Assembly (NCBI GenBank): GCA_016184305.1
Contig: JACPCX010000185.1
Location: 1-64,000 of the forward strand
From: Candidatus Rokuibacteriota bacterium
GTDB taxonomy: Bacteria; Methylomirabilota; Methylomirabilia; Rokubacteriales; CSP1-6
Direction of reading: 5' to 3'
Length of the DNA: 64,000 nt
The position numbers were made by a program, and so were the translations under genes. Under the pieces are notes generated by a model that was not told where the DNA came from, did not search any database, and worked only from the letters and a program-made list of their open reading frames with translations. Below, piece by piece: positions 1 to 9,243 of the stretch (position 1 is the first letter of the stretch; the number at the start of each line of letters is the position of its first letter).

Positions 1-828
1 TCTCACCTTGCTCGTGGTGTGGACGGCGTGGCAGTCGTAGACGAGGTTCTGACCGAAAACCGGGCCCGGCTTGTCCCATCCCGTGAGGAGCGCCGGGTCG
101 AAGTGCCGGAAGGTCACGGGGCGGCCCATCACCTCCGCGATCAGCTCCACGAAGCCCACCTGCGTGATGGTCTCCTCGCCCATGACGTTGTAGGCCTGGC
201 CGTGAGCGCGCGGGTCACCGAGCATGGCCGCCAGGGCGTCTGCCAGGTCCTCGACGTGGCCGAACTGCCTGAGCCAGCCCCCGTGCCCCGGGACGAGCAC
301 CGGACGGCCGCGGTGGATGCGGTCCATGAAGAACGTCTCGTTGTGGCGCGTGTTGAGCGGGCCGAGCACGTGGGTGGGGCGGACGATGGTCACCGGGAGT
401 CCGTCGCGACGGTGGCGCTCCAGGAGCGCGTCCTCGCCCGCGATCTTGTGGCGAGCGTACTCGCCCCAGTAGAGCCCTCGGGGCGTCTCCTCCGAGTAGG
501 GGATGGGGAGGGTGTGGTCGTAGACGCGCGCGGTGGAGACGAAGAGGACGTGCGGCCGGCCGCCCAGCGCGTCCGCCAGCGCCTCCACGTCCTCGCCCAG
601 GGTTGGCGCGTAGGTGACGTCCACCACCCCGTCGAAGGTGTCCTCCCGGAGCGCGACACGCAGCGCCGCGTGGTCCTTCCGGTCGGCGACGAGGGTCCTG
701 ACGCCCGCGGGCAGCCGCTCGCCGCGGCGGCCGCGGTTGAGCACGGCGACCTCGTGGCCGCGGGCGAGGAGCGCGCGCACGAGGTGGAGGCTGATGAACT
801 CCGTGCCGCCCATGACGAGGACGCGCAT
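1..828 (-). CDS. NAD-dependent epimerase/dehydratase (atypical SDR), partial, runs off the left edge
   Basis: Manual translation MRVLVMGGTEFISLHLVRALLARGHEVAVLNRG gives a Rossmann start. The frame stays open to base 1, so the ORF track lacks it. Confidence 0.85.
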   Translation of the reverse strand, partial: MRVLVMGGTEFISLHLVRALLARGHEVAVLNRGRRGERLPAGVRTLVADRKDHAALRVALREDTFDGVVDVTYAPTLGEDVEALADALGGRPHVLFVSTARVYDHTLPIPYSEETPRGLYWGEYARHKIAGEDALLERHRRDGLPVTIVRPTHVLGPLNTRHNETFFMDRIHRGRPVLVPGHGGWLRQFGHVEDLADALAAMLGDPRAHGQAYNVMGEETITQVGFVELIAEVMGRPVTFRHFDPALLTGWDKPGPVFGQNLVYDCHAVHTTSKVR

Positions 829-913
829 GACGGCGGGGATGATATCACGGCTACATCCGGAGGCCTGTAAACGATAGGATGCAGGGAACCGTCGTACGCT
901 CAGGAGGCGAGGC

Positions 914-1826
914 ATGAGACGACTTCCTGGCAGGCTGCTCATGACCCTGGTGGCCGCGGCCCTCTCGGCCGCCTGCTCGGTCTCAGGCCCCCGGCCCTCG
1001 GCGCCGGCAGGGGTGGCCGCTCCGCCCTCGCGCATCGCGCTCCCCGCCTCGCCGCTCAGCGAGGAGCAGCAGATCGTCCATGTGCTCAACCGACTGGCCT
1101 ATGGTCCGCGGCCCGGTGACGTGGATCGGGTGAGCCAGATGGGGCTCGCCGCCTGGATCGAGCGCGAGCTCGATCCCGCGCAGATTCCCGACGCTGCGGT
1201 GGAGCGCGCGCTCAGCGCCTACCCCGTCCTCACGATGACCGCTGCCGACCTCCTCCGCGAGTACCCACGGCCGAACCAGCAGCTCGTCCAGAAGGTCAAG
1301 TCCGGGGAGATGGGGCGAAAGGAGATGATGGACGCCTTCCCCCCCGAGCGGAGGCCCTTCGTCATCATCGCCCAGATGCAGAGCGCCAAGGTGCTGCGCG
1401 CCGTGATGAGCGAGCGGCAGCTCCAGGAAGTCATGGTCGACTTCTGGTTCAACCACCTCACCGGAGTTCTTCTCTGACAAGGCGTACAGGGCAAAGATCA
1501 AGAAACCGCTTGAAGTCGTGGCGAGCGCCGTCCGGGCCCTCGATGGCCAGGTCTTTTCTCCCCGGCGGGACTCTGGCGGCGCTGCCGGCGGAGCCGCGTT
1601 GCTCGGTGGCGGCTTCCCGCTGTCGCGCCAGGCGGCGAGCCTGGGGGAGCCGCTCTACGAGGCGCAGCCGCCCACGGGGCATCCCGATGTCGCCGAGGCC
1701 TGGGTGAACACGGGGGCCCTCCTCGGGCGCATGAGCTTCGCCCTCGGGCTCGCTCACAACCGCTTCCCGGCGACGCGGGTGGACCTGGGCAAGGCGCTGG
1801 TGGGGGTGGATCGGCGCCGGCCCGAG
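914..1826 (+). pseudogene. DUF1800-family protein with internal deletion and frameshift
   Basis: Lipoprotein-like leader, LNRLAYGPRPGD and ERQLQEVMVDFWFNH motifs. At ~1457 it jumps into another frame reading SPEFFSDKAYRAKIKKPLE...GEPLYEAQPPTG, the C-terminal part. Confidence 0.75.
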
Positions 1827-2175
1827 GATGGCCTCAGCATGGTGGTGCCCCACGGCGACCCGGACTACTACCCGGCGCGCGGCAGCATCGCCATCGCGCG
1901 CCCTGCCGCCGGGACCTCGGGGACCACGATCGATCTCGACGGCCTCTTCGGCCTGCATCCGGCCATGGAGCCCCTCACGGCGCTCCGGGATGCCCGGCGG
2001 CTTGCGGTCGTGCATGCCTGCGGCTCTCCCGATACCACGCGCTCTCACTTCGACGCCCAGGACTACATGGAGTCGGGCACCCCGGCCATCAAGAGCACCG
2101 GCGACGGCTGGCTCGCGCGCGGCCTCCAGGCCCTGCCGTCGCGGGGCGCCTCGCCCTTCCGCGCGGTGGCCATTA
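1827..2175 (+). pseudogene. DUF1501-family fragment fused in frame to the DUF1800 remnant
   Basis: DGLSMVVPHGD..DLDGLFGLHP..TRSHFDAQDYMESG..GWLAR is present. The N-terminus and C-terminal two-thirds are missing. Confidence 0.75.
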
Positions 2176-2203
2176 GGAGAGAGCCTCCTGTAGACTGTCG
2201 CGC

Positions 2204-3070
2204 ATGTGGTTTCTCCTGGCGCTGGTCGCAGCGCTCTGCCAGGTGCTGCGCAACACGGTGATGAAGCGCCTGGGCCACAGCCTCGACGAGTACATCAATG
2301 TGTGGGGCCGCTTCACCTTCCTGCTGCCCTTCGCCGCGCTGTTCGTCTTCATGAAGGGCGTGCCCGTGATCAAGCCGGGCTTCGCGCTCGCGTGCGTGGC
2401 CTTCGGCGCCTCGCAGACCATCTCCACGCTGGCGCTGTCCAAGGCGCTCAAGCTGGCGGAGATCTCCATGGTCACCGCGCTCTGGAAGGTGAGCCTGCTG
2501 GTGCTGCTGGGGCTCGGCTACGTCACCCTCAAGGAGGCGCCGACCCTGCTCGGCATCGCCGGCGTGCTGCTCAGCATGTCGGGCGTCTACCTGCTCAACG
2601 TGAGCCGCGCGCACCTCTCGCCGTGGGCGCCGCTCGTCGTGCTTTTCACGGACCGCGGGCTGCGCTACACGCTCCTGGCGGCGCTGTTCTTCGCCCCGTC
2701 GGTGGTCACCATCAAGTGGGCGATGCTGCTGTCCGACCCCTACATGGGCACGCTCGGCGGCTACATCGCGGCGAGCCTCATGGTGACGCCGCTCGTGCTC
2801 GTGACCTCGCGCCGGCACTTCGCCCAGGTCCCGCGCCACTGGAAGGCCTTCTTCGGCCTCGGCCTCTTCGCCGCCCTCACCACCGTGAGCCAGGGGACGG
2901 CCTATCTCCTGACGCTCTCCTCCTACGTGGAGGCGGTCAAGCAGGTGGAGATCCTCTTCGCCATGGTCATCGGCGTGCTGGCCTTCGGCGAGCGCCAGCG
3001 CGTCAGGGAGATCGCCCCGGGCGCCCTCGTCATGCTGGCCGGCATGGTCCTGCTCTCCCTCGCCGCCTGA
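2204..3070 (+). CDS. EamA/DMT family transporter
   Basis: 288 aa, about 10 hydrophobic segments, two EamA repeats. Confidence 0.85.
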   Translation: MWFLLALVAALCQVLRNTVMKRLGHSLDEYINVWGRFTFLLPFAALFVFMKGVPVIKPGFALACVAFGASQTISTLALSKALKLAEISMVTALWKVSLLVLLGLGYVTLKEAPTLLGIAGVLLSMSGVYLLNVSRAHLSPWAPLVVLFTDRGLRYTLLAALFFAPSVVTIKWAMLLSDPYMGTLGGYIAASLMVTPLVLVTSRRHFAQVPRHWKAFFGLGLFAALTTVSQGTAYLLTLSSYVEAVKQVEILFAMVIGVLAFGERQRVREIAPGALVMLAGMVLLSLAA

Positions 3071-3095
3071 CGGGTGGGGCGGCCGGCCGCGCTGG

Positions 3096-3125
3096 TTGAC
3101 AGCCGGGGGCCCTGCCTCGTAGCGT
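3096..3125 (+). promoter_or_regulatory. Possible sigma70 promoter
   Basis: TTGACA-N18-TAGCGT upstream of 3168. Confidence 0.4.
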
Positions 3126-3167
3126 AGATGGCACCGGAGCGGGTGCTCCACCCGCGAGGGGGCCCAG

Positions 3168-5026
3168 ATGAGAAGAGCCTTCACCGCGCTGCTGGGGCTG
3201 CTCGCCCTCGCCCTTGGCTCGATCCCCGCCTCTGCCCAGAAGGAGCGCGCCGAGCGCCCCACCTACGCCGTAGGGGGCAAGTGGCTCCGGACCGACGGCG
3301 CCTTCGACCTCATCCGGATCGAGGGTGATGTCTACGTATTCGCCGCGGATCGCGGGCGCGAGATGCATCTCAGCCGGGACTTGGCGCTGACGAAGGTCGT
3401 CAGCCGCGGCAGCGTCGACTTCGAGATCGACCCGGCTCCGAAGATCTCGTGGCCCCTCGAGGTGGGCAAGGAAGGCTACGCCTCGGCGCTGCTGCGCACA
3501 GGACGCAATCCGGCAGGTGCCCAGGTCCGGGTGTTCTGGCGGGTGGAGGCCTAAGAGCACCTCTCCACTCCCGCGGGCCGCATCAGGGCATTCAGGATCT
3601 TGATGTCGCTGGCCGTCGGCAGCTCCCGGGGGGGCCAGGCCGGCCGAGAGTGGGGGACGATCCAGAGCTGGTACGCGCCTGACGCCGGGCAGATCGTCGC
3701 GATGAGGTCGCCTCCGGGCGCTGTCCCGACCTTCCGCGTCGTCGCCTTCGACCGTCCGGCCGTGCCGGAGCCGCTGGCGGTGGCGCTCGCCGACCAGAAG
3801 GACCAGACCCGGATGGCGGCCGAGGAGGTCGTGGTCTCGGGCAAGCCAACCTCTGGCAAGGGAGTCGCACGCGTCACCGTGTCCCTCAACGGTGCCGATG
3901 TCTCGCGCCAAGAGGAGAAGGCGGCAGCCGCGAAGGAGCTGGCGCTCCGGGTCCCGGTCAAGCTGAGAGAGGGCAAGAACGTCCTCGTGGTGACCGCCGT
4001 GGAGGCTGACGGCACCACGAAGCAGGAAGCGCGGACGCTCTACTACGACAGACCGGCCTCGCCGCCGGCGGCCGCGGCTGTCCCGGCGACGCCGCCCCCC
4101 GCGGCCGCGCCAGGGCCCCCCGCCCCTGGCGCGGTGGTGTCGGTCCCGCCTCCGCCCCCTGCCGGCCCGCCGCGTCCCGCGGCTCCTCCCACCGTCGCCG
4201 CGGCTCCCGCTGCGCCCGCTCCGCCGCTCCAGCTCCTCGTCTCCTCCCCGCGCGATCAGGCGCGGGTGGAGCGAGAGAGCGTGGCGCGGCTGCAATACGC
4301 GGTGCCCGACGCCGAGGCGCTGTATCAGGTGCTCATCGGACAGGGCGGCTTCAGGAAGGAGCATGTGCTGCTCCTGACGGACAAGACGGAGCGCAAGACC
4401 TCAGGAACATCAAGTGGGCGCTGGGGACATTCCTGTCCCGGTCGGCGCGGAAGGACGACACGGTGCTGATCTTCTTCGCGGGCCATGGCGCCCCGGAGAT
4501 CGACCCGCAAGGCGTGGAGCGGGACGGGCTGGCGAAGTACCTGATTCCCAGCGACGCGGACCCGGACGACCTGTACTCGACGGCGCTGCCGATGGATGAC
4601 ATCCAGACGATCTTCGGCCGGATCGAGGCCGAGCGTGTCATTGTCTTCCTCGACGCCTCTTACAGCGGGGCGGCGGGGGGGCGGACGTTCTCGTCGAAGA
4701 AGACGCGCGGCTCCCACGTGGACGATCTCTTCCTGGAGCGGCTGACGCGCTCGAAGGGGCGGGCGATCATCACGGCCTCACGGCCGGCGGAGGTGTCGAT
4801 CGAGCTGCCGGAGCTGGGGCACGGGCTCTTCACCTTCTATCTGCTGCAAGGGCTCAGGGGGGCGGCCGATCTGAACCGGGACGGGATCGTGTCGCTGCAG
4901 GAGCTGTACGAGTACATCGAGCAGCAGGTGAGCCAGAAGTCGCGGGCGGTGGGGGGCAACCAGCACCCGGTGATGAAGGGGGAGCGCGAAGGGGTGCTGC
5001 CGCTTGTGAAGGTCGGCGGGCGCTAG
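3168..5026 (+). pseudogene. Secreted caspase-family (peptidase C14) multidomain protein, degraded
   Basis: Signal peptide. In-frame TAA at 3552-3554, apparent deletion at ~4284 and frameshift at ~4398. FFAGHG motif present, with DASYSG in place of DACYSG. Confidence 0.75.
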
Positions 5027-5388
5027 ATTTCCGGCCGCGTGCCGTGGGTGGCGCGCACCACGGTCTTGATCCCGCCGCGCACGCTGAAGTCCCCGACCAC
5101 CTCGATCCAGCGGGGCGCGGCCACGGCCACGAAGTCGTTGAGGATGCGGTTGGTCACGTCCTCGTGGAAGGCGCCCTCGTTCCGGTACGACCAGATATAG
5201 AGCTTGATGGACTTGAGCTCCAGCAGGTGCCGATCGGGGACGTAGCGGATCCGGATGGTGGCGAAGTCGGGCTGGCCGGTTCTCGGACAGAGGCAGGTGA
5301 ACTCGGGGATCTCCAGCGCGACCTCGTAGCCGCGGCCGGGATGCGGGTTCGGAACGGTCTCGAGGTGCTGTGACGGCTGACTCGGCAT
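5023..5388 (-). CDS. queF: NADPH-dependent 7-cyano-7-deazaguanine reductase
   Basis: [24 protein letters not shown] and HEDVTNRI motifs. Confidence 0.95.
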   Translation of the reverse strand: MPSQPSQHLETVPNPHPGRGYEVALEIPEFTCLCPRTGQPDFATIRIRYVPDRHLLELKSIKLYIWSYRNEGAFHEDVTNRILNDFVAVAAPRWIEVVGDFSVRGGIKTVVRATHGTRPEI

Positions 5389-5491
5389 GGCTCGACGCTA
5401 CCCCGTTGTGCTCCGGGCGGTCAAGGCCCGGGCCTGGCGGCATGTGGGCCGCGGGCGAGACGGTCGCGGCGACCCGCGGAGCTCCGCGCGA

Positions 5492-6376
5492 TCACTTCCA
5501 CGTGGCGATGCCGATCCCTGCCGCCACCATCAGTGACGAGAGGACGAGGGTGGGGGTGAGGGGATCGCCGGCGATCGCGGCGGAGAGCAGCACGCCCCAG
5601 ATCGGCGAGGTGAGCGCGCAGGCCGCCAGCGCGCTGGGGCGGTAGAGCTGGAGCAGCCAGGCGTTCACCACGAAGTTGAACCCCGCCACGATCACGCCCT
5701 GATAGAAGAGCGAGGTGGCCAGCGACAGCGTGTAGTGCGTGGGGATGGCCGCCTCCCACCAGAGGCTCGCCAGGAAGAAGCAGGCGCTCCCGATGGCCGA
5801 CTGGCCCAGGAGGAGCTTGACCGGGTCCAGCCGCTGCACCGCGCGCGCCATGTAGACCGTGCGCTCGCCCAGCAGGAGCGCGCTCGCCGCGACCACGAGG
5901 TCGCCGAGGAGCGTGCCGCTCTGGAAGGAGAAGTCGCGCGCGAACAGGAGCACGATCCCGCCGTAGGCCATGGCGACACCACCCAGCTTTGCCCGCGTCA
6001 TGCGGTCGCCGGGGATGAAGAAGTGCGCGAGCATCACCGTGTGGACGGCGTAGGAGTTGATGAGGACGGAGCCGTGAGCGGCCGTCGTGAGATTGATCCC
6101 GATGTTCATCAGGCCGATCTGCACGGTGAAGAGGAGTCCCAGCGGCCAGATCACTCCCCACTCGCCGCGCTTCACGGTCAGCACGCCCTGGCGGCGGGTG
6201 TACCACGCATAGGCGAGGATGGTGAGGCCGCCGAGGACGAAGCGCATCCACGCCAGCCTGAGCGGCGGCGCTCCCAGCAGGCCGATCTTCACGGCCACCG
6301 GGTTCCCGCCCCAGAGCACCGCCAGGACAAGCGCGGTGAGGGCCCCCTTGAGGTCGAGCGATCGGAGATGGGCCAC
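5492..6376 (-). CDS. EamA/DMT family transporter
   Basis: LWGGN..VK start, about 10 transmembrane segments. Confidence 0.85.
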   Translation of the reverse strand: MAHLRSLDLKGALTALVLAVLWGGNPVAVKIGLLGAPPLRLAWMRFVLGGLTILAYAWYTRRQGVLTVKRGEWGVIWPLGLLFTVQIGLMNIGINLTTAAHGSVLINSYAVHTVMLAHFFIPGDRMTRAKLGGVAMAYGGIVLLFARDFSFQSGTLLGDLVVAASALLLGERTVYMARAVQRLDPVKLLLGQSAIGSACFFLASLWWEAAIPTHYTLSLATSLFYQGVIVAGFNFVVNAWLLQLYRPSALAACALTSPIWGVLLSAAIAGDPLTPTLVLSSLMVAAGIGIATWK

Positions 6377-6442
6377 GGGAGCGCGGCTAGAGGCTCGTCG
6401 GCGTCACGGCCATGACGGCAGCCATGGTAGCATGGGGCCCTC

Positions 6443-7522
6443 ATGAAGATCGGACTGGTCGGGCTGTCCAGGAGCGGCAAGACGTCGCTGTTCAATCTCC
6501 TCACGGGGCAGAGTGTGGCGACGTCCACGTTCGGCGCCTCGCGCGGGGAGCTGCACATGGGCGTGGCTCGCGTGCCCGATGAGCGCGTGGACCGGCTCTC
6601 CGCGCTCTTCAAGCCGAAGAAGACCACCTACGCGACATTCGAGGTGGTGGACCTCGCCGGCATCACCAAGGGGGAGCGGCAGGGGCTCGACGCCAAGGAG
6701 TTCAGGAACGCGGACGCCCTGCTCCACGTGGTGCGTGCCTTCCCCGACGCGACGGGCGCGGCCCCGTCGCCCCGCCCGGACATCGTGGACCTGGAGACGG
6801 AGCTGATCCTGGCCGACCTCGAGGTGATCGAGCGACGGCTCCAGCGGCTCGAGGCGTCGATCAAGAAGAAGCGGACGGACGCCGACGTCAAGGAGCAAGC
6901 GATCCTCCTGCGGCTCACGCCTGCGCTGGAGGCCGAGACGCCGATCCGCGCCATGGACCTGCCCGAGGACGAGGCCAAGGCGATCCGCGGCTTCACCTTC
7001 CTCTCGCAGAAGCCGATCCTCCACTGCCTGAACCTCGCCGAGAAGGAGATCGGCCGCGGCGCGTCGCTCGTCGAGAGCTTCGGCCTGGCCGATCTCGCCG
7101 GTCGCCCCGCGACGCGCCTCGGCTGGGTCTCGGCCGTGATCGAGGCCGAGGTGGCTCAGCTCGCCGGTGACGAGCAGGCCGCCTTCCTGGCCGATCTGGG
7201 CCTCGCCGAGCCCGCCATCAAGCGCGTCCTCACAGACTGCTACACGCTGCTCGGGCTCATCTCCTTCTTCACCGTGGGGGAGGATGAGGTGCGCGCGTGG
7301 TCAGTGCCGCGCGGGACTCGGGCGCAGGAGGCCGCCGGGACCATCCACTCGGATATCGCCCGCGGGTTCATCCGGGCCGAGGTGGTGGGCTACGACGAGC
7401 TGCTCGCGGCGGAGGGCTCGATGGCGCTCGTGCGTGAGCGGGGCCAGTTCAAGCTGGAGGGGAAGGAGTACGTGGTCCGCGACGGCGAGGTGTGCCACTT
7501 CCGCTTCAACGTCGCGAAGTAA
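6443..7522 (+). CDS. ychF: Redox-regulated ATPase YchF family
   Basis: P-loop GLSRSGKT, DLAG, FFTVGEDEVRAW, GKEYVVRDG..FRFNV. Confidence 0.92.
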   Translation: MKIGLVGLSRSGKTSLFNLLTGQSVATSTFGASRGELHMGVARVPDERVDRLSALFKPKKTTYATFEVVDLAGITKGERQGLDAKEFRNADALLHVVRAFPDATGAAPSPRPDIVDLETELILADLEVIERRLQRLEASIKKKRTDADVKEQAILLRLTPALEAETPIRAMDLPEDEAKAIRGFTFLSQKPILHCLNLAEKEIGRGASLVESFGLADLAGRPATRLGWVSAVIEAEVAQLAGDEQAAFLADLGLAEPAIKRVLTDCYTLLGLISFFTVGEDEVRAWSVPRGTRAQEAAGTIHSDIARGFIRAEVVGYDELLAAEGSMALVRERGQFKLEGKEYVVRDGEVCHFRFNVAK

Positions 7523-7566
7523 GGGGGAGGGCGGCCCCCCGCCGGTTCCCTGCCCCCGTCACCACG

Positions 7567-8307
7567 TCATTCTTTCGCGCCGACGAAACGCAGCAGCTCT
7601 GCGAGGCCGGTGTGCCCCTTGGTGGTGGCGGCCTTGAGCGCGGTGGCGCCGGCTCGCGAGCGCGCGTTGACGTCGGCGCCGCTGGCCAGCAGCCGAGTGA
7701 CCGCGTCGGCGTGACCGCCGAAGGCGGCGAGCATCAGGGCCGTCACCCCAGCCGCATTGGTCGCATTCACCTCGGCGCCCCTCCTGAGCAGCGCTTCCGC
7801 CACCGCCGTGTGTCCTTCCTTTGCCGCTTCCATGAGCGGCGTACGCCCGTCGGCCGCCTTCAGGTTCGGGTCGGCGCCCTTCGCGAGCAGGAGATCCACG
7901 ATGACGGCAAAGCCCTGGAGGGCGGCCCCCGTGAGGGCGGTCGCGCCGCTCTCGGCTCGCGCGTTCGCGTCCGCGTCACGAGCGAGGAGGAGTCTCACGA
8001 TCTCGGTGTGGCCGCCCCAGGCGGCGTCGATGAGCGCGGTGCGGCCGTCCTCCGGCTTGCCGCGGCTGGCATTGACGTCGGCCTTGGCCTCGAGGAGCGC
8101 GCCGACCGTCTCCGTGTGGCCGCGCTGCGCAGCGAGCATCAGGGGGGTGATGCCCGCCGGCCCGCGCCCGTTGACGCGCGCTCCCTGTGCGAGGAGGGCC
8201 TGGACCGTGGCGGTGTCGCCGTTGAGGGCGGCCTGGGCCAGGGGCTTGCTCGCCGAGGCGCAGCCGGCAAGGAGGAGCGCCACTACCGCCACGAGCACTC
8301 TGTCCAT
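7567..8307 (-). CDS. Ankyrin-repeat lipoprotein
   Basis: LLAGC lipobox and repeated G-T[AP]L..AA..G ankyrin units. Confidence 0.9.
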   Translation of the reverse strand: MDRVLVAVVALLLAGCASASKPLAQAALNGDTATVQALLAQGARVNGRGPAGITPLMLAAQRGHTETVGALLEAKADVNASRGKPEDGRTALIDAAWGGHTEIVRLLLARDADANARAESGATALTGAALQGFAVIVDLLLAKGADPNLKAADGRTPLMEAAKEGHTAVAEALLRRGAEVNATNAAGVTALMLAAFGGHADAVTRLLASGADVNARSRAGATALKAATTKGHTGLAELLRFVGAKE

Positions 8308-8328
8308 GACGGGCCTCATCCCGCCTCG

Positions 8329-9243
8329 TCAGTCGTCGACCAACACGCGGCCGTCGCGGACCGCCGCGCGGCCCTCCGCGGTGAGGACGCGGAAGGCGAC
8401 CCACCGGCCCTCGGCGGTCTCGGTGGCTCCGAGCCCCTCCACGGTGATCACGGAAGGCATCTCGACCATGGCGCCGAAACGGCAGACGACGCGGCGCACC
8501 GGCGCCGCCGGTCCCAGCGGCTCGCGGCGCAGCACCTGCGAGACCGCGAGCGCAAGCGTCGCCGTGCCGTGGAGGATGATGGCCGGGAGCCCGGCGGCCC
8601 TGGCCACGACGCGGTCGGTGTGGATCGGGTTCCAGATGCGCGCGCACTCCGTATACACGTGGGCCAGCGTGGCGGCCACGGGCAACACGGCCGACCAGAT
8701 CGGCGCGGGCTCGGTTCCCTTACCTCTCGGGAGCCCCTCACCCTGCCCTCTCCAGTCAGGGGAGAGGGGGAGGGGAGTTGGCGAGCTGTCGGTCGGGCAC
8801 GCCACGCCGAGGTACAGCGAGCCGTAGTCCGTCGTGGTGACGGGCTCGCCCGCGGCGTCCACCGTCTCGTGGCGGGCGACCACGTAGGCGCCGGGGCGCC
8901 GCTGCTCCACGCGGGTGACGCGGCCCCGCGTGGCGAGCCGATCGCCCACGCGGACCGGGCGATGGATCCGCAGGTCGTGGGTCGCATGGACACCGCGCAC
9001 GGCGATCTCGTCCCGCAGCGCGGACGCGGCGCGCAGGTCGAGCGCCAGCGGCCACTCGTAGCAGACGGGGAACATCGGGTGGGCCAGGATGCCGTCGGGA
9101 CGGAGCGTGTCGAAGTACTCGGGCGCCGTCTCGCCGAGCCCCGCGGAATAGGCCATGAGCCAGCGCGCGTCGATCTCGAGGATGCGCGGTCCGGCGGCGA
9201 CACGCGCGAGGCTCCCTGGCAGCTCGAGACGGGGTGTCGTCAT
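8329..9243 (-). CDS. MaoC-like double hot-dog dehydratase
   Basis: WNPIHTD..ILHGTAT motif. Carries an in-frame palindromic insert. Confidence 0.85.
   Translation of the reverse strand: MTTPRLELPGSLARVAAGPRILEIDARWLMAYSAGLGETAPEYFDTLRPDGILAHPMFPVCYEWPLALDLRAASALRDEIAVRGVHATHDLRIHRPVRVGDRLATRGRVTRVEQRRPGAYVVARHETVDAAGEPVTTTDYGSLYLGVACPTDSSPTPLPLSPDWRGQGEGLPRGKGTEPAPIWSAVLPVAATLAHVYTECARIWNPIHTDRVVARAAGLPAIILHGTATLALAVSQVLRREPLGPAAPVRRVVCRFGAMVEMPSVITVEGLGATETAEGRWVAFRVLTAEGRAAVRDGRVLVDD
8734..8775. repeat. REP/RPE-like palindrome inside a coding sequence
   Basis: CCCCTCACCCTGCCCTCTCC-N7-GGAGAGGGGGAGGGG. Confidence 0.75.

Noticed and set aside
3552..3554. In-frame stop as programmed readthrough
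   Set aside because: It is TAA at a likely Tyr position in a gene with other lesions, not a Sec or Pyl context.
4045..4230. Pro/Ala-rich low-complexity stretch as a repeat element
   Set aside because: Ordinary protein linker in the caspase-family pseudogene.
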